NCBI GenBank assembly: GCA_951406725.2
Contig: OX597817.1
Location: forward strand, 62,868,001-62,932,000
Source: Octopus vulgaris
Taxonomy: Eukaryota
Direction: 5' to 3'
DNA: 64,000 nt
In this document: one piece after another, positions 1 through 11,694 of the stretch
Numbering within the stretch: position 1 is the first letter of the stretch
Layout of the letters: every line of letters starts with the position of its first letter
The notes under the pieces: model-generated
Database searches by the model: none
Told to the model about the DNA's origin: nothing
The model's input: only the letters and a program-made list of their open reading frames with translations
Translations under genes and position numbers: made by a program

Positions 1-313
1 TTAATACATATAAAACAGATTGCTAATAAAGTATATTTAGCAAAACGGTGTACTTTATACTGCAGACTAGTTTGTTCAGATAACGTTGGCCGTCAATATT
101 TTATCTCATTCAATTTCGTGCAGCGTGCATGTATAATGCTGCCATCAAAAATTCAATAATACGACGCAACATAAATAAATTGTGACCTGGATATCTCAGG
201 AAAACAGGTGAGAACTAGCAGTAGCGGAGAAGATAAAATGGTGGAATTGACGTTTTATATTTTGCATCCCATGCTTGTTTCCTTTGTCTTGGTATATACG
301 TTATATTCAAAGA

Positions 314-665
314 AGGCGGCGAGCTGGCAGAAACGTTTGCACGCCGGGCGAAATGCGTAGCCGCATTTCGTCTGCATTTCTATACATTTTCTTTTATCTA
401 CAATTGGCATTATTAAGATTTACCTTAATATAAAAGAGGAAAGAAAGGCAGCTAGCTGGCAGAACCGTTAGTACTCGGGGAAAGAGCTTAGCGGCATTTA
501 GTCTGTCTCTACGTTCTGAGTTCAAATTCCGCCGAGGTCGACTTTGCCTTTCATCCTTTCGGGGTCGATAAATAAAGTACCAGTTTCGCACTGGGGTCGA
601 TGTAATCGACTTAATCCTCTTGTTTGTCCCCTCTATGTTTAGCTCCTTGTGGGCAATAAAGAAAT
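314..665 (+). mobile_element. tRNA-derived SINE (family A, Deu/Nin-like domain), composite copy with an internal templated insertion
   Basis: Head GGCGGCGAGCTGGCAGAAACG, B-box-like GAGTTCAAATTCC and core GCCTTTCATCCTTTCGGGGTCGATAAA..GTACCAG; the same sequence recurs more than 10 times in the window. Confidence 0.85.
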
Positions 666-1687
666 ATATATACGTTATATTTATAGTCAGACATTTAATT
701 TTCAAATGACTCAGTAACTAACCTATAATTAGCTATCACTATAGTGTACACCTGCAACGATACATACTCTGTAATGATCGCTAATTATAGATTGTTACTT
801 AAGGCAGTGGGGCTACATAACTGACGATTGCTTCCATAGGTTGCGATGTTGAAATCATTTCCCAAGTATCACTTTTAACAAGATTACTTAACGTGGCCGG
901 TTTTCACTGGACGTATTACACGGAGTAATAAAATTCAAATAGTGTGATTCCGTAATGATTTAGGAAATTCACACACAAATGAAATATTGAAATTGGAAAT
1001 TATTAATGGTCTCTGAAGATGGTTGAATTATGTTTGTCAATGAATTCTTGTACCTGACAATGTAAGCTTCCTGTTCGCTTTTCTCCGGTGTTCAGTGTTT
1101 CTACTTTTTTGAAAAATGTTCATTATCATAATTTGATCAAAACCCCAAGATACAGAGGTTCATCTTAACTGCCGCATAAAATGGATAAATCCCTCCTGTA
1201 AACACCGGTGATTTATTTGAAGCAAGCTATACACAAATGAGAAAATTTATTATATATTGCTTTAAGTGTTATAAGAATTCCCTAGGAGAAAAAAGAATAA
1301 TAATATATTTATTCTAAATTCTAATCATAGAATTGAGCTGACTGTAAGAACACTATATATGTCATACGTATATGTTGCCTTTTGGGTCTCATCATTTTCT
1401 CAGCTATCCTTTTGTAAGAAATAGAAATTGTATTGACACAGATTAAATTTACATCTTAATGCGGTGATTCGGCAAATGCAGATTGTTCTCTATATAAACT
1501 CAATGCAATTCAAAAGCAGGAAACCGACTATCAATATTTCTGTCAGAAGTGTGGTATCATATGAAGGTAAATTTGTTTATAAGAACAATTACATCGTGGT
1601 GGACATATTTTTAGCCATTCAAACACTTTTAACTTTATTTCCATTATTTACATTTGGCAGGTATTTGTCCTCATCTTGTTTGTTGCT

Positions 1688-1733
1688 AACATAACGTTTC
1701 GGCTGATATACCCTCCAGTCTTCTTCAGGTATC
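1688..1733 (-). ncRNA. Minimal type I hammerhead ribozyme motif
   Basis: Minus strand: GATAC-CTGAAGA-A-GACTG..CAGCC-GAAAC-GTT-ATGTT; stems slightly decayed. Confidence 0.7.
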
Positions 1734-1780
1734 TTGGGGAAATTTCGAACCTGGGTTCTCATTTCTAAGGTATTTTTAGA

Positions 1781-1844
<64 letters not shown>

Positions 1845-2091
1845 CAGGTCACTGCCTGGAATCGAACTTGGAATCTTGGGGTTAGTAGCCCGTGCGCATA
1901 TGGCGTTAAGAGCGCGTGCTACTAATCCTAAGATTCCGAGCTCGATTACAGGCAGTGACCTGAATACTACTAATACTACTACAACTACTAATACTACTAA
2001 TACTACTACTAATAATAATAATAATAATAATAATAGCAACAACATAGAAAAATACCTTAGCAATAAGAACCCAGTTTCGAAATTTCCCCAA

Positions 2092-2137
2092 GACACCTGA
2101 TGAAGGCTGGGGGTATTATCAGCCGAAACGTTGTGTT
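2092..2137 (+). ncRNA. Minimal type I hammerhead ribozyme motif
   Basis: GACAC-CTGATGA-A-GGCTG(GGGGTATTAT)CAGCC-GAAAC-GTT-GTGTT: stem I, intact core, 5-bp stem II, palindromic AACGTT stem III. Confidence 0.85.
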
Positions 2138-3390
2138 AACAACAAACAAGATGTGGACAAATATCCGTCAAATGTAAATAATGTAAATAATGTACATAAT
2201 TCCTCATCTCTTAAATATAAAACTATACTTTTAACTTTCACAAACTTTTAGCTTCAATCAATCATTTATTACTTGGAGACAACCTTTTCGATACACTATC
2301 CACCACCTGATCACTCACATAGTTCCACTGCAAGTTACCAGGCAAATACAACTCCGAAATTGATTAGAGTTTTAAACCTTAACAAATAATCGGGAGCCTA
2401 AATAACCAAATTTAACAATATTATTTATTAATTTCATTCGCTCTTGTATTTACAATTTACAACCAGATTAGTGTCGACTTTGATAAGATCATGTTATTAT
2501 ATAACATCATAAAATACATAAAAGTGTTATTCTAATGACAAGACATTTTGGTGAACATAATCGTTTCTGTACAAGTTCAGTTGGCGCCAATTTTTTCCAT
2601 TAAAATATTGCCAAGTTGTTAAACCTTCTTCTGAAGTCTTTAACTATCTTTGATCATTGCCGTTCGATAATATTCTTTCATATGATTCCGTTCATCTATT
2701 TTCACAACTTTTAACTTTCATAGTTTTCCTGTTGGCTTCTGAAGACAATTAATAAACATTCCGGTAAAATTTTAGTGAAATTTTTAACGTCTTTGCCAAA
2801 CTTTAAATAAACGACCGGCCGAAATAAATAGAGATTCACTAATTGCATTTGCACTGTCGACATTTAACATAAGGTATCTTGTTCCAGAGAGGGATAAATA
2901 ATTTAAACCGACTTTTCAGAAAAACAGAAAGGAAATAGGAAGTTCTCTGAGAATCTCTGAGTATATTCCAGCCCGTTCAACACTAGCTAATGGTATTTAT
3001 AATTACAGTAATTAAATTAACAAGAGAACAATATACCATAATGAATGCCCTAATTAACGTTCATTTAATCCAACATCAATTTTGCATTTAAGGGAATATG
3101 CAAGTCTTGGTATTTCTGAATATCGATCAGTGTACTTGTGAATAAAATTACACGACTATTGTGGCGCAGACAAGACTAAATGGTTTAGACGTTTGCTTCG
3201 TAATAACATGGCCTTGAATTCGATCCCAGTGAACAGCACTCTCCGCAAATATCTTCTATAATTTCTGCTCCACCCCTGCCTTGTGCAGAAATTATGCAAG
3301 ACAGTCACCGAGTTGAAACCGGTTGGATAAAATTCGACCTGCATTCAAGAATACTTGACCCACTCGTTTCTCTCTCTCTATCTATCTCTA

Positions 3391-3457
<67 letters not shown>

Positions 3458-4099
3458 TTGCTTGCCCGCTTAAGAGCTGCAAGAATCACCACTCTCTATC
3501 CTTGTTTCGGGACATAGACGCCCTGGAAATTCCTCCTTGCTCATGTTTTTCTCGCCGGTGTTGATTTGTAATGGTTTAAATGAAATATCAGTGGTATCAA
3601 CCTCACCATTGTCTGTGGTAGGGGTGCTTGCGATGTTCATAAGCACTACTCCTTCATCCTAATCCAGTAAATAAACACTAAATATTGTTACATGATATTT
3701 TTCAATTACATTCTTCACGGATTTCTACGCTGTTTATCTATTTAGAAATGATTTTATATCTATGTAATTAACTTATGTAATTAATGTACTAGTTATCATA
3801 TTTGGGGAATCACTATGCATTAATGGGCTATTTGAGTGGTATTTATTTCATATTAATGTTAAAAGTGAAAATATAGATTTATATAAATATGTGTAAAGAA
3901 TGGATAAAGAAGAGTTGCCATGCTAGTTCATGTAGTATTGCAAATTCTCGTTTTTACGCCCAGTCTAATAATTATGAAATTTCATTTTGAAAAATTCAAG
4001 TCAGAATTGCACAACAGCTCTGAAAATTCTTCTTCGGGTTTAAAAGACAGATCTCTTGCCTTATAGGTTGCTGCAATGAACAGGATTTTGAACCAATGT

Positions 4100-4430
4100 A
4101 CTTTAAAACTGTCTGTTGGGTAATAATGAAAAGAGTACGATCGCGAAAACAAGCGGTAGGAACAGAATTTCTCCGGAGGATCTTTGGAGAAACATTACTG
4201 GGCAAGATGAGCAACTAGAAGATCAAGAAGTCTCTCCAGGCCAAGCCGCTACATACAGAGGTCACTGCACCGATACTACAGACACGTTATTAAAATATCA
4301 CAAGAAAGCCAAGACGGATTATTCAAGCCGAGCCGAGCCAGCTGGCAGGAAACCTAGAAGCAGACCAAGAACGAGACAGTTGGAAAATATCCATAGTCTC
4401 AGTTAATCAGGCTTGGTAATCCAGCCGGAA
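4100..4430 (+). mobile_element. Decayed RTE-type LINE 3' coding remnant
   Basis: Frames give RVRSRKQAVGTEFLRRIFGETLL and PAGRKPRSRPRTRQLENI, resembling RTE ORF2 C-terminal motifs. Confidence 0.55.
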
Positions 4431-4619
4431 AGTGTAATGACCGTTACTTCCGGTAGGATCCTATGGAAGAAGTACCGGAAGATTATAACCTCATGACCCT
4501 CACAAGAATATTAGGCGGAGAAGATGGATGGATGTATTTCCATACATAGAAAATATTCGATTATGATCTGTCTACTAGAATTGAAACGCAAATTATTTCA
4601 CGGGCAAAATCACTTTGCA

Positions 4620-4935
4620 GCCACGTGGTTTCAAGTTCAGTCCCACTGGGCGGCACTTTGGATATGTGTCACCTATCATAGCTCCGGGCTATAGTAGGTT
4701 GTGAACTCGGTTGACGGAAACTTTGTGTGTTCGTGTTTTTGTGCCTGTTTTTGTCCGCCTCTTCACAACCGATTTTGGCTTGTTTACATCTCTATAACTT
4801 AGCAGTGAAAAAAAGATCATAAAATAAGTACAAGACTAAAAAACAATTAATACTGGGGTCGATCTGTTGGAGTATAGTCCTCCATAGCGGTGCCCCAGCA
4901 TAGCCGTAAGCCAACAACTGAAACAAGTAATAGAT
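4620..4935 (+). mobile_element. Diverged tRNA-derived SINE (family B)
   Basis: GTTCAGTCCCACTG..GGCACTTTGG..GACGGAAACT..CTGGGGTCGAT..GCGGTGCCCCAGCAT matches the full copy at 48409-48785. Confidence 0.7.
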
Positions 4936-6049
4936 CAAAGATATCTTATTATAGCTTTACCGCCTTTAACGGTGAAGAAATATTTTTAGCCCCTAATACC
5001 TCTCAATGGTATTCACGGATTTCAGCCGACAGATTTAATTCTAACTTCAATGTCTATTTTTCTGTCATTGCTGCAACATTATAGATACGTGCACCAACTG
5101 AATTAGTCCATTGCAGACATACGAAAGATGGTACCCGATGAGGAAAAAACATTTTCAGATTTTGTATATCCGTCCAATGCTTGGCAATGTTGTAAGTCCT
5201 CCTGCACAAATTTTGTACGAATACCTGAGAAATATACCAAAAGTTAAGAAACATGCGTAATGTTCTTCAAAACATCCAAATGTATCCTGTCTTTAGTAGT
5301 TCTTTTAATTCTTTAAATAAGTTGCACAAATTGGTTATTGCTCATTCTACAATTCTTTCATAGATCGTATCATTTAACAATGAAATTTTTCTTATTACCT
5401 CTGCATCGATCTCTGATAGAATAATTTCTGTGATTCTTATATGCCGCTGGCAACACAAGTTCTTCGCCAATTGTGTTTGGCTTCTTAGCTTTTGTAATTA
5501 AGTGTGAGGCTTCGCATGATATCATCAAGTATTTGTCGTGAATCAGAGAACGGTTTTCAAAAAATTGTTTTAGTACTGAAACTTTCAGTAATCAAACACC
5601 GTGTCTTGTCTCGTATCATGATGTCTTTTAAATTTAATTGGTTTTTATACTTAATTCACCAAATATTCGTTACAAATTAAACAAGCAAGACAATACTCTT
5701 CATACCCAGGAGCAAAATACAATATAAATTAAAAAAAAAAAACACATGTTCATTGCAGTTCCTCACCTTCTTCGGGACTGTTCAGTTTCTGCACTTTCAC
5801 CCAATTTTCGATTCGTGTTGCCGTGTCCAAGTTAAGTAAGAACTAATATTTTAACATTGCTTATTGTCATGTTCTCTCTTGGTGGATTTAACTATTAATC
5901 CATCGTAGAAGTTGTTTTCAGTTCAGTGTAATATAAAACTACCCATATATTTTAAAATACCTGTAACGTTTAAAACAATAACTCGTATAACGTAATGTCG
6001 ACGAAATTATAGAATCAGAGATGGTTGTACTGAACTTACTGAAACAAAT

Positions 6050-6410
6050 ATTTTGGCACACGGACAGCAGTTTTAGGAGAAGGGGTAAATCGATTAGATC
6101 GACCCCAATGATAAACTGGTACTTGTTTTATCGACCCCACAAAGAGGAAAAGCAAAGTCGGCCCCATGCAGAATTTGAACTCAAAACGCAAAGACGGACG
6201 AAATGCCGCTAAGTAATTTGCCCGGCGTGCTAACGATTTTGCCAGCTCACCGACTTCCCAGAGACAAATATTGGTTTTAGATTTTGGCCATTTCTGAGGA
6301 GTGGCTTGGTCGATTACATCGACTCCAGTGTTCAACTGGTGTTTATTTTATCGATCATTAATGGATGAAAGGCAAAGTCGACTTAGGTGGAATTTGAATA
6401 CAGAACGTTT
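6050..6410 (-). mobile_element. Two adjacent family A SINE copies
   Basis: Reverse complements of the head and core (ATCGACCCC..ACTGGTAC..AAGTCG..GAATTTGAACTC). Confidence 0.8.
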
Positions 6411-6703
6411 AGGGTAGGGTAGGATCATTGTCTCTAGTTTAAGAACAATACCGAAGACAGCAGAGTAGTTATAACTCATTGCGATTCTTTTAGCTTGAGT
6501 TTTGAGTTCAACACACGGAGTAATTTGTTAGCACACAGCTCAACTGATCCCCTGTATGCATCTTCGTGAGGAAGTACCAAACAAAAAATTAACCTCGTGT
6601 TCCTTAACTGAATTAGTATTTTCATATATTACTAACTTCTATACATTTTCTTTTATCTACAATTGGCATTAATAAGATTTACCTTAATATAAAAGAGGAA
6701 AGA

Positions 6704-6915
6704 AAGGCAGCTAGCTGGTAGAATTGTTAGTACGCGGGGCAAAGAGCTTAGCAGCATTTAGTCTGTCTTTACGTTCTGAGTTCAAATTCCGCCGAGGCCA
6801 GCTTTGCTTTTCATCCTTCCGGAGTCGATAAAATAAATGCCAGTTGAGCCCTAGGGTCGATGTAATTGACTCACACTCTCCCCTGAAGTTGCTGGCTTGG
6901 GCCAAAATATGAAAT
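6704..6915 (+). mobile_element. Family A SINE
   Basis: AAGGCAGCTAGCTGGTAGAA..GTTCTGAGTTCAAATTCCGCCGAGG..GTCGATAAAA. Confidence 0.8.
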
Positions 6916-7453
6916 CAATACATACAGGTTATATACGAGGTTATGATTCACCTCTTTTTATAAGATATTCTGCTTATATTTCTGCTTGCTGTTATCATGT
7001 TTGAGTTGCCAACAATAGGTGAATTCACTCGGCCATTTTGAAAACGACATTAAAAACGCAAATTTGTCTATAAAATAAAACAATAATACTCGATTACTTA
7101 AAGCTATCACGCTCGTTATATTAAATACGTTAACATTTCTCTGCTTGGTTAAGTGGTTAGAATCTAACCAATCGACTGAAAGACTGGAATCTTCGTGTTC
7201 TTCTACCACATTGCACTGCGTTTATGAGAATAACGCTAAGTTTCATATGGCTCAGTATAGACATCTCTAAGTAATTATATCCTTCATTATACGTGTGGAC
7301 TTGCTTTCTGAAGGTTAAATATTGTGCGGTAAACCGGATAAAGATGCATTCAGTATTTTCCTTCGTCAAACAGCAAGCAGCGTGTTAACAATTACATTTT
7401 CACTGCGTTCCATCGTCTTATTTACTCTTCACTTCCATTTGAAATTTAGGATA

Positions 7454-7522
<69 letters not shown>

Positions 7523-7740
7523 CTATCTCTATCTATCTCTCTCTCTCTCTCTCACGTACACACTCACTTGCTCGCATGCACCGTGCAAGCTATCGTGAAA
7601 ATTGGTCAAGGGCCAAACCCTCAGTTTCACTAAATAATTCTCTCAAATGTTTACCAGTTTGTTGCAATGGAATTATAGTACTTGAATACTTAAACATGTG
7701 TGTGTGTGTGCGTTTGTGTGTGTGTGTGTATGTATGTGTG

Positions 7741-7809
<69 letters not shown>

Positions 7810-8175
7810 AATCAAACTTCTGGACTTCTATACAAATAATAGTTATCTGTTAAATGCACGAGGAAACTTGTGAATATAAATGCATCGTCTGTATGGTACT
7901 GATAATGCTTTCCGCATTAAAGTAGAAAGGTAACTATAATTCTTGGTTGTTTAAAGAGAACGCTCTGTATAGCAACATTTCTGGCAGAGCTGTCTTCCTT
8001 CCAAAATTTTCATTCATTATTCCCCAGTTTAAAGCCACATACAGCTAGCCATGCTGAAATACAGGTTTCTCAAAATAAAGATATCCTACATAGTCTGCAC
8101 CAGTGCTGTATGTCTAGTCATTCTAAAACATCACGGAACCGGGCACTTGATCCGTAGGACAGATACATTTTAATC

Positions 8176-8372
8176 CAGTGGTTCCCAAACTATGAGCCGC
8201 GACCCACAAATGGGTCGCGAACAGAATCTTAGTGGGTCGCAAAAAGTTATAAAATTACGCATTAGCTTTGATTAACTGCTGTCTATCGAGATACTCAGTA
8301 GAGTTAAGTGGGTCGTCATAAACTGGTGTGATAAATAGTGGGTCGCGACTCTAAAAAGTTTGGGAACCACTG
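8176..8372. mobile_element. hAT-type MITE
   Basis: TIRs CAGTGGTTCCCAAACT / AGTTTGGGAACCACTG; 8-bp TSD TTTTAATC / TCTTAATC; internal GGGTCGC repeats. Confidence 0.9.
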
Positions 8373-8404
8373 TCTTAATCAATTAAACTTAATTATAAGA
8401 TTCA

Positions 8405-8545
8405 TTCGGAGTTCAAATTCCGCTGGGCTCCACTTTGCCTTTTATCCTTACGGGGTTGATAAAATAAGTACCAGTTGGATATTGGGGTCGATGTAATCGA
8501 CTTACCCCTCCAGTGAAATTGCTGGCCCAGTGCCAAAATTTGAAA
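8405..8545 (+). mobile_element. Family A SINE, 5'-truncated
   Basis: GAGTTCAAATTCCGC..AAGTACCAGTT..GGGGTCGATGTAATCGACTT. Confidence 0.75.
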
Positions 8546-8589
8546 GAAATTCTAGGATTCATGTCGGAATTATTTTTTTAATGCACCAA

Positions 8590-8710
8590 CATTTGTCTTT
8601 GCTATGATTAGATTCTTGTGCTTTTTCTTGTACGGTCAACCGTGTTCCATTGCAAAGCCTTAGAGGATCCAAGTTTCTGCTATTCTTTGTCTCACATCCT
8701 GGGGCAATGT
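8590..8710 (-). mobile_element. Helitron Pif1-type helicase remnant
   Basis: Translation RNLDPLRLCNGTRLTV matches the Pif1/Helitron motif LRNLxPxxLCNGTRLxV. Confidence 0.6.
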
Positions 8711-9989
8711 ATTCCTCTCTTGTCCTCATTGTATCCTTCTCCCCTTTATTTCTTAACTCTGCTGCCGTCATCGTAGGTGGGTTTTTTTATGGTCTCCTTT
8801 CCATTGACACTTCCCGATACCGTTTCGCATCGTCTCTTGACTTCTTCCCTTTCCAAATGGGATAATTGATAAATGTGTATTTCTCTATATAACAATGCAT
8901 TAGAAAAGTCAAAAGAAATCAACAAAGTGATGCAAGTCGAAAGAAGGAATTATGAATAATGAAAACTTGAACTGTAAGGAAAGGAGTTTGTAACACGACA
9001 TGATAAATAATCTACTCCAAATACTGTATCTATGTAAGTATGAAAGAGACGGTATATGTGTAAGTGTATGTGTGTGTATGTGTGTGTGCGCGCGCGATGT
9101 ATGTGTTTGAGAGAGTATGTGAGCTATATGCGTGTGTGAGAGAGAGACAGTGTGTGTGTGTACTGTGTGTACTGTGTGTACGGTGTGAGTGTACTGTGTG
9201 TATGAATGACAGTCTGTGTTATATGTGTGTGTGAGAGTGTCAGTGTGTGCTGTGTGTGTGTGTCTGTGCGAGGATGTGTGTATTCTCTATGTTTATGTGA
9301 GTGTGTGTATGAAAGAAACAGTGAATGCTGTATGTGTGTGCATTTGTGTGTGTATATATGTGTGTTGTATGTGTGAAAGCGAGAAACAGTGTTTGTTTTT
9401 AAATTTTTATTGAATAAATAAATATTGAAACGAATTGTATGTATAAAATTCCATTTGAATATTTCCAAGAATTCTAGACTTGACAAAACAAAAATGTCAA
9501 AATAATAAATTGAACTGTAAATATTAACAATAATATTTACGATATTCATATTATCTTTGAAGTCAAAGCAAATGAAGATCGTAAAAACAACCCTTGGTCA
9601 TGCAGCATATCAACAATATAAACGGATCCTGTCTGAGAGAGAGAGTTTATGTGTGTGTGAGAGATAAAGAGAAGGTACGTGAGAATGATAATGTGGGTAT
9701 TTGTCTATATATGCGTGTATTCTATGTGTGTGTGGCAGACAGAGGGGCAGTCTGTATGTGTGTGCTAAGCCACCATGACAGTTCTTGCTAATAAATTTGT
9801 CCGAAAAATAATATCCGAATATTTTCAACAGTATAGACTTCATAAAACCCACGAAAAGTTCCACTGCAACAAAATATATGATTAAAAGGCTAGATATAAA
9901 ACAAACTGGAGTGTATAATAGATTGTTTCAGCTATAATAAAGGGGCAACTAAACATCCCTTAGACTTTTAGTATAATATATATATAAAG

Positions 9990-10085
9990 AAGTAGCAAAC
10001 AACCCTCAGATAACATGGGACATTATTGCTAGAGCCAGAAAATACAGGCGATGGGGCAACAGATGTATGCTCTGTATTACATCTA
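9990..10085 (+). mobile_element. Penelope-like GIY-YIG C-terminal remnant
   Basis: NPQITWDIIARARKYRRWGNRCMLCIT parallels the W..CxxC segment of the element at 63830-63910. Confidence 0.6.
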
Positions 10086-10449
10086 GTCGATTGATGGTAT
10101 TTTAAACATTAGGGAGAAAACCCTGATGTAATATAGTATAAACGAATTCATTATTTAGGACAGTTTTCTTCTGAAGTCACACCCGAGGGAGGTAATCAGT
10201 CAAAGGGTAACGTCCAAGAGTAGCACCCATTGAATTTGTTGTTTTGTTTACGAGACTTCATCGTGAAATCTCGTTAATTTTCGTGTGTTAATCCAAGATG
10301 GAGACGAACATCATTCCTCCATGTGATCGGCTTCAAAATTAAGATTTTACGATATTTTCATGAAATCAATGGTAGCCTTAATACACAAATAAAGAATTGT
10401 TATCCATCAATGCGGTGCTTAGCAATCATATTTATTGTTCGACATTTAC

Positions 10450-10498
<49 letters not shown>

Positions 10499-10697
10499 TA
10501 TAACATAGTCTAGTGTTCACGTTTTTTTATTATTGTATAAATTGTTTTTTTACAATGTATTGTAATATTCATAACGTTCAATTAACGCTATCATACGTTC
10601 GTAATAATCGTCAGATTTAAAAATGTATTTAACTTGACAGTTGAGTTTTCGAGATATAAATATATACGTGTATATATATATATATGTATATATGTAT

Positions 10698-10750
<53 letters not shown>

Positions 10751-10757
10751 TATATAA

Positions 10758-10791
<34 letters not shown>

Positions 10792-10796
<5 letters not shown>

Positions 10797-11063
10797 TGCA
10801 GCGTGGGAGGTGTTTATAAGCCATTTAAGAAACACACAAAAGCCGTTCGATTCACTCCAACATTTAAGTTTAATTTGTCAAAATATTTTCGTCGCTAAAA
10901 TCCGCGACCTGTTCACTGACAAAGTCCGTGCTGCATCTCGTGATGCAGCACGGACTTTGTCGTAAAGGTATATAGCGACGAAAATATTTTGACAAATTAA
11001 ACTTAAATGTTGGAGTGATATATGTGTGTTTCTTAAATATATACACCTCCACGCTGCAATTGT
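10792..11063. repeat. Fold-back inverted repeat next to (TA)n, probable Penelope-end derivative
   Basis: Perfect 20-bp central stem GACAAAGTCCGTGCTGCATC-TCGT-GATGCAGCACGGACTTTGTC, plus outer complementary blocks out to ACAATTGCAGCGTGG / CCACGCTGCAATTGT. Confidence 0.9.
10874..10923 (-). ncRNA. Hammerhead-like motif with G3-C8 swapped core
   Basis: TTTGTCA-GTGAACA-G-GTCGC(GGATTTTA)GCGAC-GAAAATATTT-TGACAAA: 7-bp stem I, 5-bp stem II, palindromic stem III. Confidence 0.7.
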
Positions 11064-11118
11064 TTTCGTTTCAGCACACGATCTCAGATCAAATTACTTG
11101 CTATGCGAGTACATCTCC

Positions 11119-11164
<46 letters not shown>

Positions 11165-11168
<4 letters not shown>

Positions 11169-11570
11169 GTTTAAATATTTGTTGTGCAAGATTTTTTTAT
11201 GTGAAGTCGTGTGTTGAAACAGATATTGTTATATTTCGGAATGGTCATTTTGCCAGTTTAACCAATAAAAACACACGCACTATATATTTGGTGTTACTTT
11301 GCTTCAGTGTTATTTATTTTTTACATTAATCTTAATCTTATTTCAGCCAGAGTTCTTTCGTCACACTCCTGTGACCGCATCAGTGGTCCTTTGTTTTCTT
11401 CTTTCTTATTTGTGTCTCTCCTTACTAACCGTCAGCCATTTTGTATTTCTATTGTATGTCTTCATTTGCGCATGCTTATATCTCTATGTGCGTTTATGTT
11501 TATTTAGTGTGTGTATGTGGGGGATGCCTGTAATATTTGTATCTTCTGTTTATATATGTTCATGTAATTT
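11165..11570 (-). mobile_element. Dispersed repeat inserted in (TA)n, probable Penelope 3' end
   Basis: Near-identical to 38796-39022 and 61389-61423; carries a hammerhead-like motif. Confidence 0.7.
11346..11387 (-). ncRNA. Minimal type I hammerhead variant (A9C)
   Basis: CCA-CTGATGC-G-GTCAC(AGGAGT)GTGAC-GAAAG-AA-CTC-TGG. Confidence 0.65.
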
Positions 11571-11609
11571 GTAATTTTATATGTTCAAATATATATGTAT
11601 GTTTATATA

Positions 11610-11694
<85 letters not shown>

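Larger units (their letters stand above)
1637..2226. mobile_element. Palindromic element: two inverted copies of a tRNA-like head + (AAT)n + hammerhead-bearing tail, with 12-bp TSD
   Basis: Arms of about 1642-1897 and 1912-2183 are reverse complements; direct repeat ACTTTTAACTTT at 1625-1636 and 2227-2238. Confidence 0.85.

Noticed and set aside
10591-11217. ORFs rich in YI, CV, SL, MYVC or LSIY repeats here and throughout the window
   Set aside because: Translations of (TA)n, (TG)n, (TC)n, (TATG)n and (TAGA)n microsatellites that lack stop codons.
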